Source of the DNA: Magallana gigas
Taxonomy: Eukaryota
Reading direction: 5' to 3'
Length of the DNA stretch: 64,000 nt
Assembly (NCBI RefSeq): GCF_963853765.1
Contig: NC_088855.1
Coordinates: 31,806,001 to 31,870,000, forward strand
Position numbers and translations under genes: made by a program. Below are positions 12,957 through 23,825 of this stretch, one piece after another; the first letter of the stretch is position 1, and every line of letters begins with the position of its first letter. The notes beneath the pieces are model-generated. The model saw only the letters and a list, made by a program, of their open reading frames with translations. It was not told where the DNA came from and ran no database searches.

Positions 12957-13685
12957 GAAATATAGATTAGATAATTTGACAATACTATTTTTAATTGAAT
13001 TCCTGACAAATTATTTGCATATCTGTTTCATTTTCGTCCAACATTTTATAACAACTACCAGTTGGGTTAAAAATCTCCATGAACGCGTTTACTCAAAATG
13101 TTAAAAATGAAAAAAAAATATGCTCTTGTTCATTGGAAAACGTTGTTCATTGCAAATCAAGTGTCTTTGAAAATATTGGTACAATTGTACAATGTCCGAT
13201 AGGGACAAACGTTTTTAATCCGGGATCTTTGAACATTTCATGATTTGGTTTATCTGCGCAGTAATTTTTAGCAGGCCTTTTATTCGGACTTTTTAAAAAT
13301 GGTTGGTAAATGTGCAAAATGTCTTATTTTCACAACAGAGCGATCATCAAAAGATAATGAACACCAATCATATACTCTTGCCAAAATATGCTATTCTCAA
13401 CTTTCATAATCAATAAATCGACTCCTCGTATGATATAGAATAAGTCTTTAAAACAATTCAATACTTTTTATTTTTATAAAACTTCCTAAATAATATACAT
13501 AAAAAAAATAATGAGTTCATGATAATATCAACTGTTGTTTTACTTCATTTTTGTATAGAGATAAGTAATTCAAAATACATTTTGAATAATGATTATAATT
13601 TTTTCGCTGTATATATCTATAAAAAATTTTGCCCGGATTTTTTCCTTTCTACTCGGACTTCTTTGATTCTGGCATTTCTCTGTAT

Positions 13686-14395
13686 CTAGATTCTTGAGTC
13701 GTCCACACTCGTAGAGGGGACGGTTGGGAGTGCGAGTTTTCCCCTGGAGCCATTCCTAAAAAAGCCAGCAACAAAGCGCTTTTATTTTTGGAAAATACTC
13801 AAAATAAAGCGTCCCGCAAAACTTCTCCATTTTGATAAAGCAGTATCATTAAATGAATGGACGACCTAGAACTATGTCCAGAAGTATAGTAAGTTTTGCA
13901 TCTCAATCAAGTATCGATACTGAGACTAATTACATATATAAGAAATTTATGGCCATCTTAGCATCAAATCAAATCTATTATTAACCCTGATGTAACTGCA
14001 GTAGTTTCGCATATGTGCTGTAACAACTGTCCCGCCCCTTAATTATAATGAAAGTACTGGAACCACTGGCATAATTGATGCTAGCGCTGAGAGTGGGGTT
14101 GTAAATTTACTGACCTTGGCCTTGACACACTGGTGCTGGAAGAAATAGTGATATCGTCCACACTGGAACCTTCCCTCATAATGCGCTTGCGATCATCCAA
14201 CGAAAGGTCCGATGCTACAAAACAGACGAAAACAACGGAAATATTGCATCAATTTCAAACTATTCAACTACTGCAAACTTCAAATTTTGGAGAGAAAAAA
14301 TTATTAAAATCCTTACTATGAATCTTTACAGCTCGCACTGCTTGGTCGTAAGCCCACTGGATGCCGTGAACGATAAGCTGCGATAGCACTATCAT
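13686..14395 (-). CDS. Small 82-aa uncharacterised protein (3 exons)
   Basis: Exons 14395-14317 (MIVLSQLIVHGIQWAYDQAVRAVKIH), 14214-14115 (TSDLSLDDRKRIMREGSSVDDITISSSTSVSRP) and 13755-13686 (RNGSRGKLALPTVPSTSVDDSRI*). Donors are gtaagg/gtcagt, acceptors are pyrimidine-rich, and phases 1 and 2 fit. An in-frame upstream TGA lies at 14437-14435. Confidence 0.6.
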
Positions 14396-14545
14396 CTTGT
14401 TGGAGTGAGTCGTTGCTGCTGTTGTTGGCTTTGTTCAGTTATAGAATACCGACTTAGCAACGTTGTCAAAGCATCTGCTATCTTTGTTTGAAAACATATT
14501 CTTTTCATAACGTCACGCGCATCTTTGAGAGATATGGTTTTTTTA

Positions 14546-14553
14546 TGACGTCA
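14546..14553. promoter_or_regulatory. Palindromic CRE-like site TGACGTCA upstream of the 82-aa gene
   Basis: Perfect octamer about 150 bp upstream of the ATG; an ACGTCA half-site lies near 14510. Confidence 0.3.
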
Positions 14554-14957
14554 TAAATATTTCTGAACGGGAAAAAAGGGGATGAAAAACTGAGGGTAAA
14601 AAACTGTGCAACGTCACGGTAAATTTTCAGTTACAAAGGTTTTCCGCAATATACACAGTCTGCTTCTTTCATCAAGCATCCAATTATACTGTAATCGGAA
14701 ATTTCAAGTAGTGTACCATCAGAAACATAGACGGATGTGCGGACGAATGGTTCGTACAGCTTTCTGTCTTATCATAGGGTTTTGTGATTAATTTTTTTTT
14801 TAGTTCATCAATATTCGCATTAAGAATCGCAAACTTATTAAAAAACAAGGACTGTAACTTTCGTGATGCAAAAAACAATTAATTCATATAAAAAGTATTT
14901 TTTTTATAAAGTTAACGTTCATACAGTTTTATTCATCATTGAAATATACACACTATA

Positions 14958-16306
14958 TTAAGACGTTTGGACAGAATAGTCTACAGCTCCCATGTAAGTC
15001 TGAAACTCCGGTGCATGAATCTCAATAGAAACATGACCATTTTGAGCTTGTACACATGGCCATGTACCTAAAAAAAAAAGGGATAAAACACATGTTATTT
15101 TACCTTTATTTTGACGGCATGTATTCTATTGTTCTTTGATTTGCAATTAAAGCAAACACAACAATTCAAAATGTATCTAAAAGAATGCACACCTTTTGGA
15201 ATAGCTTGTTTTGTGTCCCCAGTGACGTCATAAAGCGTGAACATGTCACCACCTAGATTTCCTCCCAGACATACGGAATATTGAACGTGACCTTCCCCCT
15301 TGAAGTGAATGATGACGTACTCCTTTGGGTAGTTCCAGTCAATGGTGCCGTTCGTACAGCTCCCCGGCACTACATAGTCCCGATGCTCCCCATCGGGGAT
15401 AAACCTGAAGATGAATACCTTAGTGATGTGTCGTTTTTGAAAGAGGGGGGGGGGAGACTAATCCAAAAGAGGCCATTCTTCAAACTTCCAAAAATTCTGA
15501 AAATCCTAATCCGTGGGAGGGGAGGGGAGCTAGCGTACTACACCTATAACTTCAATTTCATCCCCTGTACCCCCCTTGATGCTAGGTGCATGAAATAGCT
15601 AGTCCTGTTGAAATGATAATTTAAATATTATATCAAAACTATCACTCTTGTTTGAATACTGAATGCGTATATGGTGATTCATCCAGGCTAGGAAGGTAGT
15701 GACATTGCAGAGAAAATACATAACCTGCGTACTAAGCGGGTTATGTTAATTTTTTCTGCAATGATCGTTACCTTCATTGCCTGTATGAATCATCGACGAA
15801 ATCATTTTAAAATTGTTCATATTTATATTTTCTTTAAAAAAAAAAATTGAAGTAATCATATATGTAAAAAGTGGGAAAAGGTAATTAAATCATGGTTAAT
15901 GTACGTCAGTACTTTAAAATAGAAGGAATAGCCAAGACGTCTTATATGGGGATTTATGTTTGGCATTATCATCGTGATGATTATGCCAAACTCGTGTTTA
16001 TTTCGTGCAGTCCGTGACTTTTCTTAGGTTGCTGAAGGTTCCAACCGAACGATAAACTGGTTAGAACTGGATCGGGTAGATTTTAGTCCCGTCAGAGTTC
16101 TATAAAGCTACATGTATGAATAACAATCGGTTTTCTTCAGAAAGAGAGGAGAAAAAGTCGTAAGGTTGATGTAAATATAGATAAGTGTGCTGCAGAGTAC
16201 AAAAAACTTACCCCTGTGGAAGGATAGTACAGCGCTCTCCAAACATGAACGTACTTACTACAGGAATCAAAACCAGTAAGGTCACACCAACTCTAAGAGA
16301 CTCCAT
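14958..16306 (-). CDS. Secreted 138-aa meteorin-like protein (N-terminal domain only)
   Basis: Exons 16306-16212 (MESLRVGVTLLVLIPVVSTFMFGERCTILPQ, signal peptide), 15404-15193 (...GSCTNGTIDWNYPKEYVIIHF...YSVCL...) and 15067-14958 (GTWPCVQAQNGHVSIEIHAPEFQTYMGAVDYSVQTS*). Four Cys and the C-x-x-G-x-x-x-W-x-YP motif match the meteorin/METRNL N-terminal domain as recalled. AATAAA on the minus strand near 14930. Confidence 0.75.
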
Positions 16307-17420
16307 TTCTTCTTACAGATAAGAACTACCGGAAACGTGAAATCTCTGAATAATCAGCGCATGGAGGGATATCTTGTTTTCTGTACGATCCCATTGCCAT
16401 GCCTCTGAAAAATAACTGGTTACAGTTATATGTTTTGTGTAATAGTGTATCATGATTATATGCATAATACGTATTCAAACAAACCAACCACAAAATTGAA
16501 TTTTATAGAAGTGATCGATGAATCCATATATTTATACATAATATACGAATTACATGTACGTGGCATAATTATGTATACAGTTCACAACCTGTACGACAGG
16601 GTCCGCTGGACTAAACCAAGTTATTATATTTCCTTCGCTGATTGCAAACTCGTGCGATTTATCCTAACATTGATTTTTTTTTTGGGAGGGGGGGGGGGGG
16701 GACTTCATGTAGCAGGACTGCAATCCCAACCATTTTGTCAACCGACCCATTTTTTTCTACAAGAAGAAGGTCAAAGTTTAAAGTGAATACTAGACCCTCT
16801 ACCTTTGAACATGAACAGTGTACAAAAATGAAGTTGATGCATAAACTTAAGATAAACCTAATATTAAGCCCCCCCCCCCCCCCCCCCCCCCCAACGGATT
16901 TTTAAAAGGATTTCGAAGTTTGATGTGTTTTATAGTTGATATTCAATTTTCAACGTCCCTGGTATTACTGTTTGCTATAATACACAAATGCATTTTCATT
17001 TTCTGATGCATGTTGCAAACGTACCGCTCATCGATGTGCAGTCATTTTTACCGGAATTTGTTTATCCACTTCAACGTTTCCAGGTTTATATTTCGTGGAG
17101 TAGTTCCTACATGATTTTTAGATCAACATTATTTTGAGATGCGTACGTTGTTGTGTTTGTCCTTAAAAAGGATAAACACACAGTGCTTTCCTTTGAAAAT
17201 ATGTGGAAGGCAACTTTCTCTAAGGTATTGTGAAAAATACCGACTTCTTTTTATTATCTTATGATATGGCATGTATCAACTGAAATGAACAAGAATGAAA
17301 ATTTTAATGACACATTATTTCTTACAGCAAACAACCGATGAACAACTTCTTCATCGATAAACATCAAACAACATCATATTAATCTCAGTGAAATTCGTCG
17401 AGACCGAAAATTTTTGACGG

Positions 17421-20400
17421 ATGTCTCTTCTGAAGAGACGTATGTCAAAAATTTTCAGTCCTAAGAGACGTACGTCAAAAATTTTCACTCTCGCCAAATC
17501 TCACTTGGGCGATTCCAAATCCAGAGTTATAATTTTTTGTAGATGTCAAGCTGTTGGACCTGCTATCGATGAAAAAGAAGACACAGAAACCTATGATATT
17601 GGACAGGTTGTTGCTGAAATTATTTAGAGTCTGATCAATTCCTTTTTTTGTCCTTGGGGACCAAGGGAAATGAGGGGAGCTAGGTGATTTGCACTTTCGT
17701 ACTTTCTATTGCTGGTTTGTTTTTTATGATCATGCTATTATATCATTCATTACAGACATTCATCAACAAGACATTTGGATACAGGGGTGTAATTTTTGGT
17801 CAGAATCCCGCCACTCTTCATATAACAGAACCTCCAGAGCAGAACCTAGAAAGTTTGTACGTATATCATTAACATATAATTTGTTGAACATATTTTAATT
17901 TTTACGATTAACAATATTTGGAGGAAATTTGTGTCTGAACAGGTTGATTAAAAGTTGAGTGCACACCTTTTTGAAAGCATAATTTTTTGTGAATGGACAA
18001 AAATTTGTAGAAATTACTTTCTTAAAAAAAAAAACCACTTAATCGAATCAAACATAGAGAATTATGTATAAATGAATGAAATGAAAAGAAAAACATATAT
18101 ATAAACACACAAAAGTTGTTTTGAAAGTTTTTTGACTGTATTTTATTCTATACATCTGACTTGTGTTAAAACTGAAACACTGTCGACTTATGACATTTTA
18201 AGAACTATGGTAGCTGAGATGCAAAATATTTACATTTTGACATTTTATTGTTGTTTTAAATTGTTGTGTTTGGATTTTGCAACCTACATGTAACTGCAGG
18301 ACTTTGGAATCAAACCACAATCAATGTATTTTAGAAAAACAAATGGGTTCTTTGGAGGCAGAAAGAAAGAGAAGAAACATAAATATTACCATGTTTTATG
18401 TGATGAAAGAGACATTCGTCGTAACGATGTTAGTGTAAGTATATTTATCTTTCCTCATCATCTTACATAATCGTCCTATACTGGTAATGAGTTATTAAGG
18501 GCTTTATTATGTGGTTTCCTTTACCTTTTGATATCTAGCAAGACTAGCAAGCTTTAATCAAATTTTATGTTTTAACCCCTCCCCCCCTAAGAAAATGGTA
18601 CATTTCTAAATTGAATAAACAGATACAACGAGTTTATGCTGCAAGTGATGTGACCAACAAAATGAGTAAATTTTTAGTCCATGTAAGAGGTATGTATGCA
18701 TGGTTATTCAAGTACTTTTTAATATAAAAAGAATTGACATACAATATAATGATAACATCAATAAGATCAAAATGATAACATCAATTAGATCAAAGAAATT
18801 TCAGAAATTTCGTTATACTGTATGTATTGATTTATATATGGCAGCGTGGAAAGTTTAGTCATGTTTTCATCTGGCCCTTCCATGCATAAATTGATGATAC
18901 TGGTACATGCATGTACAATTCCAGGTGTTGATCTTGTTCCACATGAAGATGTACTTCCTTATCAAAGCACAGAAAATCCCATCATAGAAAACAAGCTGTT
19001 TGCTAAATGGCAGACAAACACTGCTGCCTTTATTGGTAAGTAGCTGCATGCACTTTATGCAGCTCTAAGTAAAAAAAATTGCTTATACTTTTTGACTTTT
19101 AGTAGAATTGAGGTGCAGGTAGAAAGCGGAAACACCGTTGGTGTTTTGCATACAAATTCCTTAATCTTTCCATTTCAGAGGAAATAAGTACTTTATCATT
19201 TATGAGGATAACCAGTGTCTTTCAAGAAACAACTGAGAATGTTAGAGTGACTGTGATGCCATTTTATTTGAAGAAGTCAGATTATGTAAGTGGTTTTTTT
19301 CTTTCCTTTGATAACATTTTCTTTCTCATTGAATCACTTGTAATTCCCCTATATGTTGTTCAGTCGAATTTTATAAGATGCTGTGAACAACTTATTTCAG
19401 CTGAGCAAGCATGAAATATCAGGTATATGGATCAATAATCACAAATATTTGATAAATATAAATGAACTGAATATTTTTTGGGGGGTGGGGGGTGGGGGTA
19501 TAATAAATTGTTTCTTGATTGTTTTGACCTGTTTTGTAACACAAAATATAATTTTCATTATTTTTATTTGACAGATACCAGGGTATTTCAGTTTTAACAG
19601 CCGACGACCAGAAAAGGCAGGACTCACAGTAAGTCTTGATATTCAGTACAAATTTGTAGCAGTTTCAAGTTTTATGAAATAAATAAACTAAATACATACC
19701 GTATCCAAACGATAATAATAAATGATGTGTGATTGCCTTGAATAATAAAATACATTTATATCCAAAGAATAATAACATTGTTTTAATGAGTTGGTGTATA
19801 AATGAGTATAAACTCAGTTTATCAGTGAACAATCCTAGTGTATAAATTAATGGTGTCAATTTATTAATTTATAGACAGACACAGGAGGCAAACATTATGT
19901 AAGTATTCTACACATTAACTGTTTACTTTTTGTGTCTGTAATAATATATTTATCTTTGAATGTTACAAGTTAATTTCATTGTTTAACACGTGCATTTTGA
20001 AAGCTTTCTATGTTTTTGGTCAAAATAAATTTCATACACAGTTTCTTGGGCATAATGATACCAAGACGAATGCTTCTTGTAAAGGGAAATAACTAAATTT
20101 TTATTTTATTAAATTAAGTTGAGAGTTTCTCCTCTTTTCAAATATTGCAATAAATTCCAAGTTCCTAACTGCAGCATTATATTTTGACCTGAGAAACTTA
20201 CGATTTATTTTATTTAACCTTTCAATGAATTTTTCTCTTTTTTTACTTTAGTGGCGATATGTCATAAGAGTTGATAACTTAAGAGATGATGTCATTCAAA
20301 TCCGGAACCGTAAATGGACAACTTTAAGTATTCCCAACTCGCAGAGATGTTCCCCTCTCTCACAAGGAGTGGTTGGGATGGTAAGACTTTAATATTATTT

Positions 20401-21946
20401 ATTTTTACGTATTATTACATATGTACAATACTATAAACAAATGATAAAAGACAGCTTCCTGAGAAGCCAAAGAAAGTTAAACTAGTTTATCAATGTATGT
20501 GTAACTACACACGTACTTTTGAAGTTGAATCTAAAAGAAAGTACTGCACAATTTTTTGGCTTAAAGTTTTGTTGAATTTGACTTTTTAATGTTTCAGAAA
20601 TGAAAGTAACTTTCTTTCACATTAGACTAGTTCTTTATCTCAATGCATAGTAAATCTTCTTGTTTTTTCTTTTTAAACTTCACAACCTTAAAGGCATTTG
20701 TAGTGCCGAATAGTTTATAAGTATCTGTACCCAATTCATTAGAACAGTTAAATCTTTCCCTCTTAAATATCCAATCTCTTGAGGTGTGTTTTGACTGAGT
20801 TTGTATTTTCTCCTGATTTCAGCAACCTAAGATTAACCCTGGCAGGACCTTCCAGTATTGGAGCAATGTAGAGCTGGACGCTCCCAGTGGGGCAATGTGG
20901 TGAGAACTAGTTTGTCAATGACAGTAGGAAATTATCTTGTTATGTGTGTAGAAATTGGCCAAAGTAGCTCAGTGGTAGAGCTCCTGATTAGAAATGCAAG
21001 AGTCCCAGGTTTGATTCCCGGCATCAAAATCATAAAGCAATTAAGAGTTAAGTCAAAATTTCAGTTAGTCATAAAATGAATATTTATCATATTTAACGGT
21101 TAAATTTGTAATTAACAACGATTTATCAAGACACCATTAATTGCATTTAAATTTTACCAATGTGTGTCCAATCGAGACACTAGACAGTGAACAATTTTTG
21201 GCTCCAGTCTGATTGCTTTATGATCCTGGAGCATGCAAATAATATCATCGTATATATGTTTTTTTCTCATTTTCCTTCTAAAGATGTTACCTTTGATGAT
21301 ACGTGTACATTGCATAGTTTATAATAGTACACGTGGAATTTTTATGTGTGAAACCAAAGTAATATCTTAGAAGGAATTTTAAATGATTTTTACTTTGTTA
21401 TTGAATTCAACTCATGGTCCATCCCATTTATGCCATGAATTCACTTAATTGCTTAAATCCATTATCACTTGAAAATTACTAGAAGACATTTCCTTTAAAG
21501 ATCATTGTGGGATTGAAGTTGATACCAAGTTGAATTTAATCGTAAATTATTGCATATTTATCTTGGGTATGACTATAAATTCAAATTAACTATTGTATGG
21601 TGACTAAGTTATTTTGAAAAATAATATTTCTGCAAAATATCCAATATATATATATGGTAATATTTCATATAAGCTGTAGAGTTGTAGCTTCATCGTAAAA
21701 ATTGTCTAAAAGTCTATTTGCAGTTATACAGCTTTCATTTCATGTTCTCCTCATTTCCTGTATTGAACGAATAAATTTTAATTTAAATGGTGATAAATAC
21801 CCCCGTCTTTCTGTATCAGGGCCACATATGGTGTAGAAAAGGAAGATGGCGGAATGTTCACCGTAAAAGTTCCACGAGTGATGCTGGAATCCAGGAAAGA
21901 TAAGGACGATTTCCCAAATATATCACCACCAGTCGGAATGGTGTGA
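17421..21946 (+). CDS. POLDIP2: Polymerase delta-interacting protein 2-like (YccV/HspQ-like + ApaG/DUF525 domains), divergent
   Basis: Exons 17421-17606, 17756-17856, 18335-18434, 18623-18689, 18925-19035, 19179-19285, 19575-19628, 19875-19898, 20252-20380, 20823-20899, 21820-21946. Motifs YDIGQ|TFINKTFGYRGVI, YYHVLCDERD, GVDLVPHEDVLPY, ETTENVRVTVMPFY, WRYVIRVDN, QGVVGMQP, FQYWSNVELDAPSGAMW. The N-terminus is R/K/S/L-rich, like a mitochondrial presequence; the start is uncertain. Confidence 0.85.
20957..21025 (+). mobile_element. tRNA-derived SINE head or tRNA pseudogene (intronic)
   Basis: A-box TAGCTCAGTGG and decayed B-box GGTTTGATTCC at tRNA-like spacing; the anticodon and acceptor stems do not pair. 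Confidence 0.6.
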
Positions 21947-23825
21947 ACCGAACGTGTCTAGTTTTCAAGATGGTTTCCACATTGTACCGGTATATCCTAG
22001 TATTTTTTGCGTACTAGACAATATAAATCAAACTGCATTTTTGATGCAGGTATTTATTTCAATTGCCATAGTCTGGCGTTTGTATTTCTGATATTTTGTT
22101 AATCCAAATGAAGTGGCCTGGTTTAACACAAACAATAGAAAAAAAAATGAGTTACAAAGTGTTTTTTAACATACATGTAGATTTGTAAAGATGAAAATGA
22201 TACAATAAAATAATTTTAATAGTTACAAAAGTTTTTCTATTATTTTTGGTACTAAAGCGAGGGGCTATATATTTTCTTGTTACAAACAATCTCACTTATT
22301 ATGAGATTTTGAAAATGTTGTAGATAATATAATCAACTACACTTATGGATTCTTCGGTTTGTTACAAAGTAAATGTACATGTAATTGATTTATCGGCCTT
22401 TGTGAAAAATGATCGTTGGTTAATATACATACATGTACTTGTAGTATTCTACAAAAGGATTACGTTAAGCTTTCCCAGTATTTTTAATTTCTTTTTATGC
22501 CGTTATACATTGTTTTGTAGCCAATGCTCAAAATTGAGATTTTTTTTCTAAACAATACAATGTCGTCGTTGACCCACCTTAATGCTTGAGAAAGCAGAAC
22601 TTTTTTTTCATATCTCATTTAATATATTCTCTCTAATTAAATTGGCATTATTTTGCACCCATTCAAGAAGAATGGCAAATTAGGTCACTACTATGGTTCG
22701 CTCCCTTGGTTTGTTTCTATCACATTGGTTTTTCACAATACCAGCAAATATATAGAAATATTCCCATTTTATATGGGAGAATGCAATGAAGAAGTTCTTT
22801 ATTAATTTTACAGTCAACTACATGGGTATTTTTATTCATCTGGATGTAAACGGCATCTATTTTAACCTTATGATCAACTGATTAAACGTGAAACGAATCA
22901 ATCATTTGTACAAAAATGAGAGGGGGGAGCTCTCTTTGCAAAAATAAATATTGAGGAAAACACCGCTTCTGGTAGGTTGAGATAATTGGATGGCATCAGT
23001 CATGATCAGACTGAGTCACAAAAAATTAACAGAAATTGATATAACAAGGAAAATGGCGCTATTCACAAATACTGCAACATCTCATGTTTTTGTCATTATA
23101 ATGTATATCTTCTCTTAATATGTATATAGTTGCGCTCTTTGGGGTCTTCAATCGTGTTAATGTACATGTATGGATAAAGATACACGTATTTGAATTTAGA
23201 CGAGAAATTTTGTAGGATGACGTATTTATTTTATTCCGTCAATAGTTATGGCATGTAATTTTGTTAAATATGTATCTCTATAGAGATAAGTACTTTGCAT
23301 GGACTCGTCGGAGAAGGAAAGTTAAACTTACGGAAGGGACTCGAGAAATTTGGTGGGCAAGAAGAGAGGCACACCGGGTTTAATTCAGACACACGTAACT
23401 ATATTCGTTGTAGTGATGCGTATTTCCTCTGAGTCAAAAGTTCATGATAATTATTTAGCACTAGTATTAGAAGTATATATTTATTGACGTCACGGCTTTC
23501 AGAATGTCTCTGTTCTTCCTTGATCCTCTAAGATAGAGAGATAGGTGGAGAAGTAGAAATAAGGAGCGAGAGAGTGAATCAATGCAACGCATCTTAATTA
23601 AAATATACACAGACATTTTAATGAGTCGTTAGTTTTTGGCACAAATGATTAATCACAATTCATACCTTCAGATACAATACGATGCGACATTGTAATTTGT
23701 TAAATATGAAATTAAATGCATTCAAGTAAAGTCGACAACACATAAAAATAAAAATGATAACAAAGAGTCGGTAAAAAGAACATTCATTGTTAATTTGATT
23801 CCTAAGATGTTGCTTTCATCACACA

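Noticed and set aside
14317-14481. Possible selenocysteine or readthrough exon (single in-frame TGA at 14437-14435) linking the meteorin-like gene to the 13.7-14.2 kb exons
   Set aside because: The meteorin-like gene has its own terminal exon (15067-14958) with a stop and poly(A) signal. The TGA is simply upstream of the ATG at 14395 of a separate small gene.
20957-21025. Functional tRNA gene
   Set aside because: The B-box is mutated and the anticodon and acceptor stems do not pair; kept only as a SINE or pseudo-tRNA.
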